Assembly: GCA_964016885.1 (NCBI GenBank)
Contig: OZ024744.1
Coordinates: forward strand, 92,628,001 to 92,692,000
Length of the DNA stretch: 64,000 nt
Direction of reading: 5' to 3'
Source: Eledone cirrhosa
Lineage: Eukaryota
Part shown: positions 12,020 through 24,249 of the stretch, in pieces
Position numbering within the stretch: the first letter of the stretch is position 1
Layout: every line of letters begins with the position of its first letter
Notes under the pieces: generated by a model
The model's database searches: none
Told to the model about the DNA's origin: nothing
The model's input: the letters and a program-made list of their open reading frames with translations, nothing else
Translations under genes and position numbers: made by a program

Positions 12020-14315
12020 CAGAATTGGTACCATGAACGTAGGCACATTGTAAGGTCGCTCAAATTAGGTTGTAGAGATGCTTGAACGTAAGGATGTTTG
12101 TTGTGTTCAAGAGACTAGGTGGAGAGGGGTCTGCTAGATTTATTGTGGGTAAAAAAACGATGCTATAAACTTTTCTGGGTGGGGAATGACAACGGACTGG
12201 GTGGTGTAGGAATTATGTTAGCTGGAAAATGGGTAGATAAGGTAATTGACGTAAATAGAGTGAATGACAGAATAATTAAATTAAGACTAGTTCTTAATAG
12301 AACTACTGTGACAATAATATCCACTTATGCACCCCAATCTGGTCTACCTGACGTTATAAAGGACAGGTTCTATGAGTCGCTAATGTTCACTACCTCCCAA
12401 ATAACCGACAGTGACTACTTAATTATTGCTGACGACCTAAATGGTCATGTTGGACAACATGGCTATGCTGGAATCCATGGAGGCTATGGTTTTGGTAATA
12501 GAAATGAGGAAGACTTCAGAATCCTGGAATTCTGTGATGCTAGTAACCTATCTATCTGTAACACAAACTTCAAAAAACGAGAAAATCTCTTGATCAGACG
12601 CTCTTTTCCTTGTACGACAACTACAGGTGAAGTACCTAGTTAAAAGTAAACCCCTCTACTTAGCTTTTGTAGACCTGGAGAAAGCCTTTGACAGAGTCCC
12701 CCGCTCCATTATCTGGTGGGCTCTTAGAAAACGAGGTGTAGATGAATGGCTTGTGAGAGCTATACAAGCCATGTATAAAGAAACAGTCAGTAAGGTTAGA
12801 ATTACCAATGAATATTGTGAAGAATTTAGTGTAAAAGCTGGTGTTCATCAAGGCTCTGTCCTTAGCCCCCTCCTATTTATTATTGCCCTTCAGGCTATAA
12901 CAGAGGAGTTCAAGACCGGCTGCCCATGGGAACTCCTATACGCAGATGATCTAACTCTCATAGCTGAATCTATGGCTGAACTAGTGAAGAAATTCCAAAC
13001 ATAGAAGCATGGCCTAGAATCAAAAGGCCTTAAAGTTAACTTGTCTAAGACTAAAGTTCTAGTATGTAGAAAGGAAAATAGGGCACAGGTCCCCTCTGGG
13101 AAATGGCCATGCTCAGTGTGTAGGCAAGGAGTAGGTAGAAATTCTATTTTATGTCCCATATGCAAACTATGGGTACATAAAAGATGTAGTGGGATCACAG
13201 GTAAACTATCTAAGAACGTAGATTTTATATGTGGCCGATGCTCAGGTGCAATAAGTAACAAGTGCCCATAGGACACTAGCTCCTTCTATTGCCCAGATGG
13301 TTCTATAGAAATAGTGGACACTTTCCGTTACCTGGGTGACAAAATCAGCAGTGGTGGAGGGTGCTCTGAAAGTACAGTAGCCAGAGTCAGAACGGGATGG
13401 AAAAAGTTCAGAGAGCTTATACCGCTGTTGGCCACAAAAGGTTTCTATCTAAAAATTGTATGATGCCTGTAGACGAACAGCAATACTACATGTCAGTGAG
13501 ACATGGGCATTGTGTGCAGTGGAGCTACGCAGACTAGATAGGATCGAAGCATGCATGCTCCGTTGGATGTGTAATAGTTATATACATGAACGCAAAACAT
13601 AAATGAACTAAGTGAGAAATTAGGAATGAGAAGGATCAGATGTTGTTTACTTGAGAGAAAACTACGTTGGTATGGTCACGTGATGCGCATGAAAGACGAC
13701 AGCTGTATAAATAAAGTGCAGGGCGATCAAAACTAATGGAAGTTACGGAGTAGGAAGACCCAGAAAAACCTGGGACGAATTGATAAATTCCGACCTTACA
13801 CACTTGCACCTCTCTAAGACAATGTCACTGAACCAAGATCTTTGGCGCTATGCAGTAATACAAAAGATCCGCCTTGCCTAATTCACAAAACGAAACCTAC
13901 AGTCAGTAGGCACCTCTTAACCAAATATACACCCCAATCCACTACCCCAACCCTATCCTCCCACTCCCAATAACACCACCCTTTCTCTGTAAAGTTGGTA
14001 CCACAACATCCAGTCCAAATAAATGAGATAATGAGATCGAGATCAAGATCGTGTAGGTGTCACGACAAAAAAACACAGTCCACGGTGTAATGTGGCCATG
14101 TAGGTAACACGGTAAAAAGTTCCCAGTTCCACACTGTAAATGTGGTTAGTGTTAGGAAGGGCATCCAACCGTAGAAAACCTGCCAGATAGTCCTATATGA
14201 GCGAGATATAGTCACCCGACCAACCTTGCCTCAAATTGGGACAACTCCCGTCTAACCCATGCTAGCGTGGAAGATGGACGTTAAACGATGATGATGATGA
14301 TGATGATGATGATGA
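12020..14315 (+). mobile_element. RTE-clade LINE, decayed, with internal deletion; APE endonuclease + RT + PHD-like finger, (GAT)n tail
   Basis: APE motifs (GTMNVGTL, GVGIML, STYAPQ, DLNGHVG) and RT motifs (FVDLEKAFDRV, GVHQGSVLSPLLF, LLYADDL). 3' end ATGGACGTTAAACGATGATGAT... Confidence 0.9.
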
Positions 14316-14368
14316 TATATATATATACGATATTAAACAAATGGAAACTATATTTATAAAACCATATT

Positions 14369-14434
14369 TATTTCATTATACATATTTCGGGGATACCATA
14401 TTAAAAATATGGCATGCCATCTTCAGATAAAATA
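14369..14434 (-). ncRNA. Type I hammerhead ribozyme motif
   Basis: Minus strand reads UAUUUUAU-CUGAAGA-[uGGcAUGCCAUAUU uuu AAUAUGGUAUcCCc]-GAAA-UAUGUA-UA-AUGAAAUA. 8-bp stem I with one GU pair. Confidence 0.78.
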
Positions 14435-14639
14435 CAATATATAAACAGTTTTAAAAATAATTTTGACGTACCGTAAATATTGAGCAACCGTTATGTAGGA
14501 AGCCAGTTTTATATATATATATATATATATATATGTATTGAAATTTCCGTTGAAAACAGAAAAGGTCATAGAAGTGAAGAGTTCTCTATGTAAGTATCAG
14601 AGCAAAATTTAATGTATAAAAATCAATACAATATAATTA

Positions 14640-14709
14640 CCTCATTACCAGAGGTTTCCCGAATGAGGCGAATACGAAAGAAACGTCTTCATTCGTTCGT
14701 CAGACGAGG
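14640..14709 (-). ncRNA. Type I hammerhead ribozyme motif
   Basis: Minus strand reads CCUCGU-CUGACGA-[aCGAAUGA...UCAUUCGg]-GAAA-CCUCUGG-UA-AUGAGG. 6-bp stem I, stem III ACC/GGU, GUA cleavage triplet. Confidence 0.78.
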
Positions 14710-15385
14710 CTATATAAAACATGGGTAAATACTTAGAAAAACTCATCAAGAAAATCAAAAAAAGATATAGACAAATGAATTAGAAATTGAAATATATAAA
14801 AATCTTTCAAGAAATATAGTTAGGTGTGTGTATATGTATGTATATACGCTCACAGATGTGCATATATGTGTATGCACATATGTATACGTATAGTGAAAAA
14901 GTGTGCGTAAATATAAAATTTAGGGCAAATGTATCTGTATGTCTGTAATCTACAGACAGAATAGATACATCATAAGAATATGAAGGCACGCGCATAAACA
15001 CACCTACACACACGTACACTTAGATGCGGAAGTAAAAGAGGTAAGGGAGTGTAATAATTAAAGGAAAGTATCAATCTCGATATATTTATAAAAATGTAAC
15101 AATAATTTAGAAAGAAAAAATTAAAGAAAAGAAGACAAACATACATACATACACACGTATATCTCACAAAAGAAACGCAAAAATATACATGCTTATATAC
15201 ACACGCACACTTACACATCCATACGTTCGATACGCACACACACACACATACTTACACTCACGCATATTGACCTGTTTGCATGCACACGCATAAAAATGAG
15301 GATGTAAAAACAGGGGGAGAAGAAAAAAGGAACAAAACATAAAACCTAGATGTAAAAACACGGATATAAATACACATACACATGC

Positions 15386-15418
<33 letters not shown>

Positions 15419-15892
15419 CACGCACGTGCGCGCACATACGTAGTCGCTCATGTTCATATATAGAAAGTATACACACATTAAGGCGTTCAGCCACATTGAT
15501 ACAGGGTGTAAAAAACTTGTGGATAAGTAAGTACAACGGTTGCAACGTTTTTTGAAATATCCAGTTCTGCGTTTACAGATTGACTTTAGTTTCAGAATAT
15601 CCCGTTAAGGGTGAAAGCAGCGATTCTTTGCTTAAACTTTAATCTGTTATTTTAATAAATATATATATATATGTAGGAGGTGGGTTTTATTGCAGCAAAA
15701 TAAAGCAATACAAATATCGGATAAGTAGCACTCAACAGTTTATTGGACTTTTTTTCCTTTCTTCCTTTTCCTTACTTTTCTCCTCCTTTCCTTTTTTCCA
15801 ATCTCCTATGTCCTTTTAAATTTATTTATCATATGTTGTTTAGACACTACCTTGCTCACAAGTGTTTTTTTAAGCTTCATATCATGTCTCCC

Positions 15893-15963
15893 TATTTTAT
15901 CTGATGAGAACGCAAATATCGTCCCTGGATGATACTTGTTTTTGAAATGCGCATAATAAAATA
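15893..15963 (+). ncRNA. Type I hammerhead ribozyme motif with palindromic stem III
   Basis: UAUUUUAU-CUGAUGA-[gaacgCAAaUAUCGUCC cu GGAUGAUAcUUGuuuuu]-GAAA-UGCGCA-UA-AUAAAAUA. Perfect 8-bp stem I. Confidence 0.8.
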
Positions 15964-15998
15964 CATGGAACTTTTTTAACCATCTTTTAATTTCTTCT

Positions 15999-16053
<55 letters not shown>

Positions 16054-16110
16054 TTTTTTTTTTTTTTTTTAATTTTTTTTTTTTTTTTTTTTATAATATA
16101 TATATTTGTT

Positions 16111-16230
16111 GGTGAAGGCGTGTGGCTGAGTGGTTAGAGAATTGGATTCGCAATCGTGAAATTGTGAGTTCGATTCCTGGACCGGACGATGCATTATGTC
16201 CTTGAGCAAGACACCATATTTCACGTTGCT
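16111..16230 (+). mobile_element. tRNA-derived CORE-type SINE (OR-like), partial
   Basis: A-box TGGCTGAGTGG, B-box GTTCGATTCC, CORE-like TGTCCTTGAGCAAGACAC. Related copies at 31010-31178 (-) and 62486-62657 (+). Confidence 0.8.
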
Positions 16231-16330
16231 CCTCCTACCTGGAGTTGCGACCGATAGATAGTATTAGCAATTGGAAAGACCAATGGAAACATTGTTTCCT
16301 TGGTCCGATTTGACGAAAGTCGATCGACTG

Positions 16331-16372
<42 letters not shown>

Positions 16373-16409
16373 CAATGATAATAATGATGATCATAATGCA
16401 AAAATCATT

Positions 16410-17295
16410 GCCAACAACACAAACAACAACACCACCACCATCACCATCACCTCTACCATCACCACCACAACCACCACAACCACCACCACCACCATCACCA
16501 TCACAACCATCACCACTACAACCACCACCACAACCACCACCACCACAACCACGGCCATCACCACCATCACCACCACCATCACCATTGCCAACACCAACAA
16601 CATCACCACCACCACCAGCACAAACAACACCACCACCATCACCACCACCATCACCATCTTCACCACCATCACCACCATCACTACCACCACCACCACCACC
16701 ACCACCACCACCACCACCACCACCACCACCACTACAACCAACAACCCCCACCACCATCACCATCATGACCACCACCACTGCCAACAACAACACAATCACC
16801 ACTACCACCACCACCAATATCACCACCATCAACACCAACACCAACACCACCATCACAACCACCACAACCAACAACACCACCACCAACAATACCACCCGCA
16901 CCACCATCACCGCCATCACCTCCATCGCCATCACTAACATCATCACCAGCACAACCAACAATGCCATCACCACCATCACCACCACAAAAACTACATCACC
17001 ACCACCACGACCTCCACCACCACAGCCAAGAACACCACCATCATCACCACCACCATCACCACTGTCACCACCACCACTACCACCACCAACACCACCACCA
17101 CAATCATCTCCACCACCAGCACCTTCACCATCACCATCAGTACAACCAACAACACCACCACCACCATCACCACCACCACCATCATCACCACCATCATCAC
17201 CACCACCACCATCATCACCACCACCACCACCATCACCACCACCAACCACCACCACCACCACCACAACCACCACCACCATCACCATCATCATCGTC
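16410..17295. repeat. Imperfect (CAC/CAT/CAA)n trinucleotide microsatellite
   Basis: Seen directly; gives spurious poly-P/T/H/V/G ORFs. Confidence 0.95.
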
Positions 17296-17454
17296 ATTGA
17301 AACCTGCAAAGATCATTAACAGAAACTAGCAGAAAAAACCACCCTCGAGCAGTTTTCTGCTAGCATGTGTAGTGTGCATATTGGTATTATACGCAAATAT
17401 ATATGCTTATAGATATATGTAAATTGAAAAGTAAATTGACAATATCTTCTTCTT

Positions 17455-18070
17455 CACCCACTTATTTCTGAGAGGGTCGTGGGGGCGGAGTCCTTCTCAA
17501 ACACTCCTTCCAGTGAGTCTGTTAGTAGCAAACATCTGTAACTGATCCAGCTGGATCCCAAAGCGTGACCAGCCAAGCTCATGGATGTTATCCAACTATC
17601 TTGCTCAGGGTCTACCTCTGGGTCTCTTGCCGGTTGGTTTTGCCTGTAAAATGTGTCCAGCAATCTTCTTTACTGAGACATTCTAACTACATGCTCATAA
17701 TATCGGAGTTGTGATCTCTCAATTCGGAGAAGTAGCGGTTCTACCAGGAGTGACACTCTGGTCTCTGAGATATGCACTTTATCGAGTAACGCTACTCCAA
17801 AGACCCTTCGGAGGAACCCCATTTCTGCCGCTGTTATTTTGGTCATTACTCAAGATTCATGATCCTCGGTAAGAGTTGGCAGGAATACCAGGAAGACAGC
17901 AAGTTTGTCTTTTACACCTACCCCTTCATCTGATTGCTGAGGCTGGCGCATTACTGCATCAGCTTTTGCAATTCTTGCACTTAATTCAGCCTCCTGCATT
18001 CCATCACTCATGAACACGGTTCCAAGATACTTGAACTTCTCTAACTGCTTCAGTAGAACTCCATTCACAT
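17455..18070 (-). mobile_element. RTE-like LINE 3' fragment
   Basis: LLKQLEKFKYLGTVFMSDG..ELSARIAKA and RPRGRP-type tail remnants. A related fragment is at 30490-30740. Confidence 0.8.
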
Positions 18071-18204
18071 GTATATAAATGTGAATGTATGTGTGTGTAA
18101 AAGGGATACACACATATATATGTCTAACTTAAAAACACACACACGTGTCTCTAATTTAAGAACGCCGACAAACTCACGCGCGCGCACATACACACACTGA
18201 CCTA

Positions 18205-18720
18205 TTACCACTCAAGGGCTTTGGCCCGGGCAAACATCCCCTCAATTTTGGAACCGTCTGGGTTGTCCTGAATTGATGGGAAAAGACTTGACGGTCTTAC
18301 TCTGTGCTCCTGGTCAAGAGGCAGGTGCCTTACCTGGGACGTCACTGTTACTGACTCTTACTTCTCCCCACATTCTGGATACAGCGGTAAGGGCGCGACC
18401 TACAGCATCCGCAGCTGAACGGAACAAAATCCTAAAATACCGTGTTCTCAGCTAACTTACATTATCCACCCTGTGGCGTTCGAGGGAGTCGGGCTACTGA
18501 CAGCGAGGTTCTTATCTTCACTGGCGGCTCGCCAAACAGAGGTAACTGGTGATGCTCATGAGGACACTTGGTTGTTCCATCACCTCAGCATCGCCATCAC
18601 CCTAGGTAACGCTGCGAGCGTGCTGGCCTGCCTCAAAAATTATTATAGAGGTTTCCCAGTGCTCCTCGCTATATTCTTATCTTTTGCTCTGGTAGCGTCT
18701 CATTAACCACTCTTTCGCCT
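18205..18720 (+). mobile_element. CRE/R2-group (restriction-like endonuclease) LINE 3' fragment
   Basis: Degenerate GKRLDGLTLCSWSRGRCLTWDVTV and WLFHHLSIAITLGNAASVL, typical of this C-terminus. Confidence 0.75.
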
Positions 18721-19582
18721 GCATTTTGTTCTGTGTGGTCTAAGATGTGTGTATTATCTGCTTGTGTATATTTTCTCTTTCTTTCCTTTCCCTTTACTTT
18801 GTATATATTATATTTGTTAGTGTTTGCCTTCTGTAACCATTACATTAAATGAGTTTTAAAAAAAGAGTTAATAAGTAAATGAAACGTTTTACTTGTTTTA
18901 CCTTCCTATTTCCAATTAAACTATCATGACTGTATGTGTGTGTTTGTGTAAATGTATATGTATGAATGTATGTATGTTTGTGAGAAAGTATGTGTGAATG
19001 TATGTATATTTGTGTGAATGTATGTATGTTTGTGTAAATGTATATGTGTGAATGTATGTATATTTGTGTGAAAGTATGTGTATTTGTGTGAAAGTATGTG
19101 TATTTGTTGAATGTATGTGTATTTGTGTGAATTATGTCCATGAGAGTGTATTTTTATAAGTTTGTGTTTGCGCGAATATAGTTATATACTCATAATAGTT
19201 ATATACTCATACATATAGATGTATGTATGTGCACAATCATACGTGTCAGGTGTAGAAAATCATAAACTCTCTATCTCTCTCATCACAAACTCTCTCTTTC
19301 TATATATATGGTAGTTGAAGTGGTGGTGGTGCCGACGATATACCGGAAGTGCAACTTTGAAAAGAAGTCAATTTGAAATTATTTATTTTTACGAAATTAC
19401 CATTAATTATTTATTTTTGTTTACGAAGTTTACTACATAAACTATAAAATACAGTACCAGTAATATACTGGTATAATTGCTGGCCTTGTGCCAAAAGTAG
19501 AAACAATTATTTATTCAAAGTGGTGGATTGGCAGTATCGGTAGAGGGTCGGGCGCCATAGAGTTACCTCCCTTTATGATATG

Positions 19583-19732
19583 CTGTTGTTGTTGTTGTTG
19601 CTGTTGCTGTTGCTGTTGTTGCTGTTGTTGCTGCTGTTGTTGGTGTTGTTGGTATTGTTGTGGTTGCTGTTGTTGCTGCTGTTGCTGCTGTTGTTGTTAC
19701 TGTTGTTGTTGTTGTTGCTGTTGCTGTTGTTA

Positions 19733-19771
<39 letters not shown>

Positions 19772-20120
19772 TTGTTGTTGTTGCTGTTGTTGTTGCTGTT
19801 GTTGCTGTTGTTGCTGTTGTTGTTGTCATTGCTGCGCTGTTGCTGTTGTTGTTGTTGTTGTTGTCATTGCTGTGCTGCTGTTGTTGTTGTTGTTGTCATT
19901 GATGTCTTGTTGTTGTTGTTGTTGTTGTTGTTGCTGTTGCTGTTGCTGTTGTTGTTGTTATCGTTGTGGTTGCTGCTGTTGTTGTTGTTGTTGCTGTTGT
20001 TGTTGTTGTTGTTATTGTTGTGGTTGCTGCTGCTGTTGTTGTTGCTGTTGTTGTTGTTGGTGCTGTTGTTGTTGTTGTTGTTGTTGTTGCTGGTGCTGCT
20101 GTTGCTGCTGTTGTTGTTGT

Positions 20121-20166
<46 letters not shown>

Positions 20167-20229
20167 GCTGTTGTTGTTGTTGTTGTTGTTGTTGTTGTAG
20201 CTGATGTTGTTTTTGTTGTTTTTGTTGTT
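19583..20229. repeat. (TTG/CTG)n microsatellite directly following SINE tail+head fragments (19453-19580)
   Basis: Seen directly. Confidence 0.95.
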
Positions 20230-20384
20230 TTAAAAAGTTAAAAAGAGACAAAGAAAATCCAAACCAAAACCCTATCTGCTACATCAATGTAAATCTGTAA
20301 ATATAATTTGTCTTAACGACCTCCTCTCTCTTACTGTATTAGATATTTCCTCACTGTTTATATAAACATCGTACAATTTAACAG

Positions 20385-22038
20385 CACCACCACTACTACC
20401 ACCTCAAACACCACACCACCACCACCACTACTACTACGACCTAAACCACCACAATCAACAATACCACCACTACTACCACCTCAATACCACCACCACTACT
20501 ACTACTACTACCATGTCAACGACCACAATCAACAATACCACCACCACCACTACTACTACTACTACCTAAACCACCACCACCACTAAAACCACAACAATCA
20601 ACAATACCACCACCACTACCACTACCACAACTACCACTTCAACCACCACCACCACTACCACCACCTCAACCACCACCAACACCACCACTACTACCAATTC
20701 AACCACTACCATCACTACTACTATTACTACTACTACCACCACCTTAACCACCACCACCACCACGACTACTAACACCTCCATCACCAGCACCACCCCTACT
20801 ACCACCTCAACCACCACCACCACAACCACCTCTACCACCAACACCACCACTACTACCACTTCAACCACCACTACCAGCTCAACCACCACCACTACCACCA
20901 CTACTACCACCACTACCACCACTACTATACTACCACTATTACCACCTCAACCACCACCACTACCACAACCACCACCACCACCACCACTACTACCATCTCA
21001 ACCACCACCGCTACCACCTCAACCACCACCACCACTACTACCACCACTACTACCACCTCAACCACCACCACCACTACTACCACCTCAACCACCACTACCA
21101 CCACTACTACCACCACTACTACCACCTCAACCACCACCACTACCACCTCAACCACCACCACTTCCACCTCAACCACCACCACCACCACCACTGCTACTAC
21201 CACCACTACCACCTCAACCACCACCACTACCACCACCACTACCACCACTACCACCACCACTACCACCACTACCTCCACCACCAATACCATCACCACCACC
21301 ACTACCATCACCACCACCACCACTACCACCACCTCAACCTCCACTACCACCTCAACCACCACCACCACCACTAATACCACCACTATTACCACCTCAACCT
21401 CCACCACCACTACCACTACCACCTCAACCACCACCACTACCACCACCACCACCACCACTATTACCACCTCAACCTCCACTACCACCACCACTACCACCTC
21501 AACCACCACCCTAACCACCACTACCACCACCACCACTACCACCACTACCACCACCATTACCACCACTACCACCACCACTACCACCACTACCTCCACCACC
21601 AATACCATCACCACCACCACTACCATCACCACCACCACCACTACCACCACCTCAACCTCCACTACCACCTCAACCACCACCACCACCACTAATACCACCA
21701 CTATTACCACCTCAACCTCCACCACCACTACCACTACCACCTCAACCACCACCACTACCACCACCACCACCACTATTACCACCTCAACCTCCACTACCAC
21801 CACCACTACCACCTCAACCACCACCCTAACCACCACCACCACCACCACTACCACCACCACCACCACTATTACCACCTCAACCTCCACTACCACCACCACT
21901 ACCACCTCAACCACCACCCTAACCACCACTACCACCACCACCACTACCACCACTACCACCACCACCAATACCATCACAACCACCACTACCATCACCACCA
22001 CCACCACCACTACCACTACATCAACCTCCACCAACACC
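20385..22038. repeat. (ACC/ACT)n compound microsatellite with internal larger duplications
   Basis: Seen directly. Confidence 0.95.
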
Positions 22039-22251
22039 AGATGGCCTTCAGATGTATTTAGCCCTTCCAAAACCAAGCCACCCGGATCTGCCCCTGTTTT
22101 TTTTTCACGATATTAGGATGTTTATTCTAAAGTGTTTATATTTATTTAAAAACCTTCCAGCATAATTAATTTTATGTAAGAAACTTTTCCTTAAGTTATG
22201 TTCCAAACACCAGTTTAATAATGTGAAAGTCAGTAATATTATTAAAAGGGA

Positions 22252-22441
22252 GGTGGATTGGCGGTGTCGGTAGAGGGTCTGACGCCATGCTTTGCAGCAA
22301 AGAGTTACGGCCCTTTATGGTCTGAGTTCAAATCCCGCCGAGGTTAACATTGCCTTTCATCCTTACGAGGTCGATAAAATAAAGTACCAGTAATACACTG
22401 GGATAATTGCTGGCCTTGTGCCAAAAGTAGAAACAATTATT
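22252..22441 (+). mobile_element. Nin/Deu-domain tRNA-SINE, full length
   Basis: A-box-like TGGCGGTGTCGG, B-box GAGTTCAAATCCC, central domain and AGAAACAATTATT tail. Confidence 0.9.
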
Positions 22442-22444
22442 AAA

Positions 22445-22775
22445 TCTCTTCAAATTCTTGATTGCAAATCTGTCAGAGAGCGACCCATACTTGGCGAATT
22501 GATCCTCCTCAGCCCGAAATGCAACAGAACCTGGTTTAGTCGCAGACTGCACCGGGTTGCTACTGGAGATTGTGTGTCACTGCAAGTGGCATCCCAGATG
22601 AGAGGTTTACCACTGCAGAACGGGAAGATGGTCATACCTTCTGACCTTTTACCGTCTCCTCAGTACACCCCATCGGCTCGAGCTGGGAGGGGAAGCCTGC
22701 AGCATCCAAGTCATGCTTTATGACCTCGTTGAGGGTAAATATGCAGGCATGCACTTGCGCAGAAATTCAGGTAGG
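22445..22775 (-). mobile_element. CRE-like LINE fragment (REL endonuclease region)
   Basis: [40 protein letters not shown], and [16 protein letters not shown]. Confidence 0.75.
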
Positions 22776-24249
22776 AGACCCCTTGGGGGACAGTAAACCG
22801 ACTTGATAAATGTTGAAGTTGATATCATCAATGCAACAAAACGTCATAACTGCTTGAGTTGGTGTTTGGTTTTCACGAAGCGAGACGTATTGGTTACTCG
22901 TGGCTTATATAGGAAGGTGAACACATGAACTTTTACTTGAACTTATCAAGAGGACCCGGGTGGGATGGGAGGGGGGGGGGATAAGCCCTTTCGACTTAGT
23001 ATTAGTACCTGATAACTTTTGTAGTTTATGTTCGATTTTAACTTTACCGGACACATTGATTACCCATTGCCTAAAGATGATGTTGAAGACACTGTCTATA
23101 CCCGGAACAAGCAAGAGGACCCCTAGGGGGCAGTAAGCCCAGGCGAGTCATTTATTAAATTTGGCTATTGTAATGCAGCAAAGCGTCATAGCTTCGATAA
23201 TTGGTAGTCCAATAAAACGAATTTCGACTTAGTTGTTATTCATGTACTACAGATGAAGATACAGTGAGGCACATTTACTTTCATTTCAATTCAGCAAGAG
23301 GACCCCCTCGGGGACAATGAGCCCAATTCATTAACCTATAAAAGTTCAAACTGCCACAATAAAAAAGCACCATAACTTCGGGAGTTTATACTTGATTCTT
23401 ACAAAAACTAAACGAAATGGTTATTTCCTGCCATAAGATAAAGCACCACACATTTGTTATCACTTGAATTTTGCAACTCCTAACCAAGAAAGCGCGATTT
23501 AACCCAGGTGTAAATTTTAACGCCTACTGTATGTGGATTGTGCTATTTCACACTCATGCCTAAACTGTGCGAATGATTGATTAGTTTTTGCACCCGGTTG
23601 TCTCCCCCGTTTAATTGCACCTCAATTAAGCGTGAAATGAGTTGTGTTCAGTAGATTTCATCACACTTATTTGTATTATCTAACTAATTAGACAACTCGA
23701 GTGTTGTTCATTGAGCGAAATCACTCCTATTTATATCGGTCAAGTCCGACCTAGGATCACTCTTCTTTTTTGGCTTTTGACAAGGGTAGCTTTTTTTACA
23801 TGTGTACTCTCATAAGCTACCCCATGTTTCCGAAACGCCTGCTTCTTCAACATTTGTCACCTTAAAGGGGGTTTAGTTAATGTGTTTATGGTCATAAGGT
23901 TCCAGTTTATCATTCTGTGATTTTGCGGCCATTTTGCATGTGTCCTTTCAATGGTTAGTACTTACTTATTGCTATGTTCGAACTGAACCAACATACTGAC
24001 ACTTATATACCTACTACTGTAGCCACACTATTTAATTTCCTTTATCACAGGTAGTCCGTACGCTGCATTTCCCCTAACTTAAATCCTGAAATTTGACTGG
24101 TACACAAAATCTTGCAAAACATATCCACTTTCTCAGACCACATAGATTTATCACATTTTTTCACAATTTATATCCGTGTTTAGATTTGCTTACTTAAACA
24201 TTATTTGTCTACTATTTATCGTTCTCCCTGGTTAATTTTCTAAAAACAA

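Noticed and set aside
15480-15560. Possible mariner C-terminal remnant (DTGCKKLVDK)
   Set aside because: Too short and degenerate to support.
16111-16185. tRNA gene
   Set aside because: The A/B boxes run into a SINE body and no complete cloverleaf forms; the same applies to all SINE heads here.
16221-22076. Poly-Pro/His/Cys/Val/Gln ORFs (extensin-, mucin- or metallothionein-like)
   Set aside because: Trinucleotide microsatellites open in several frames on both strands, with no unique coding flanks.
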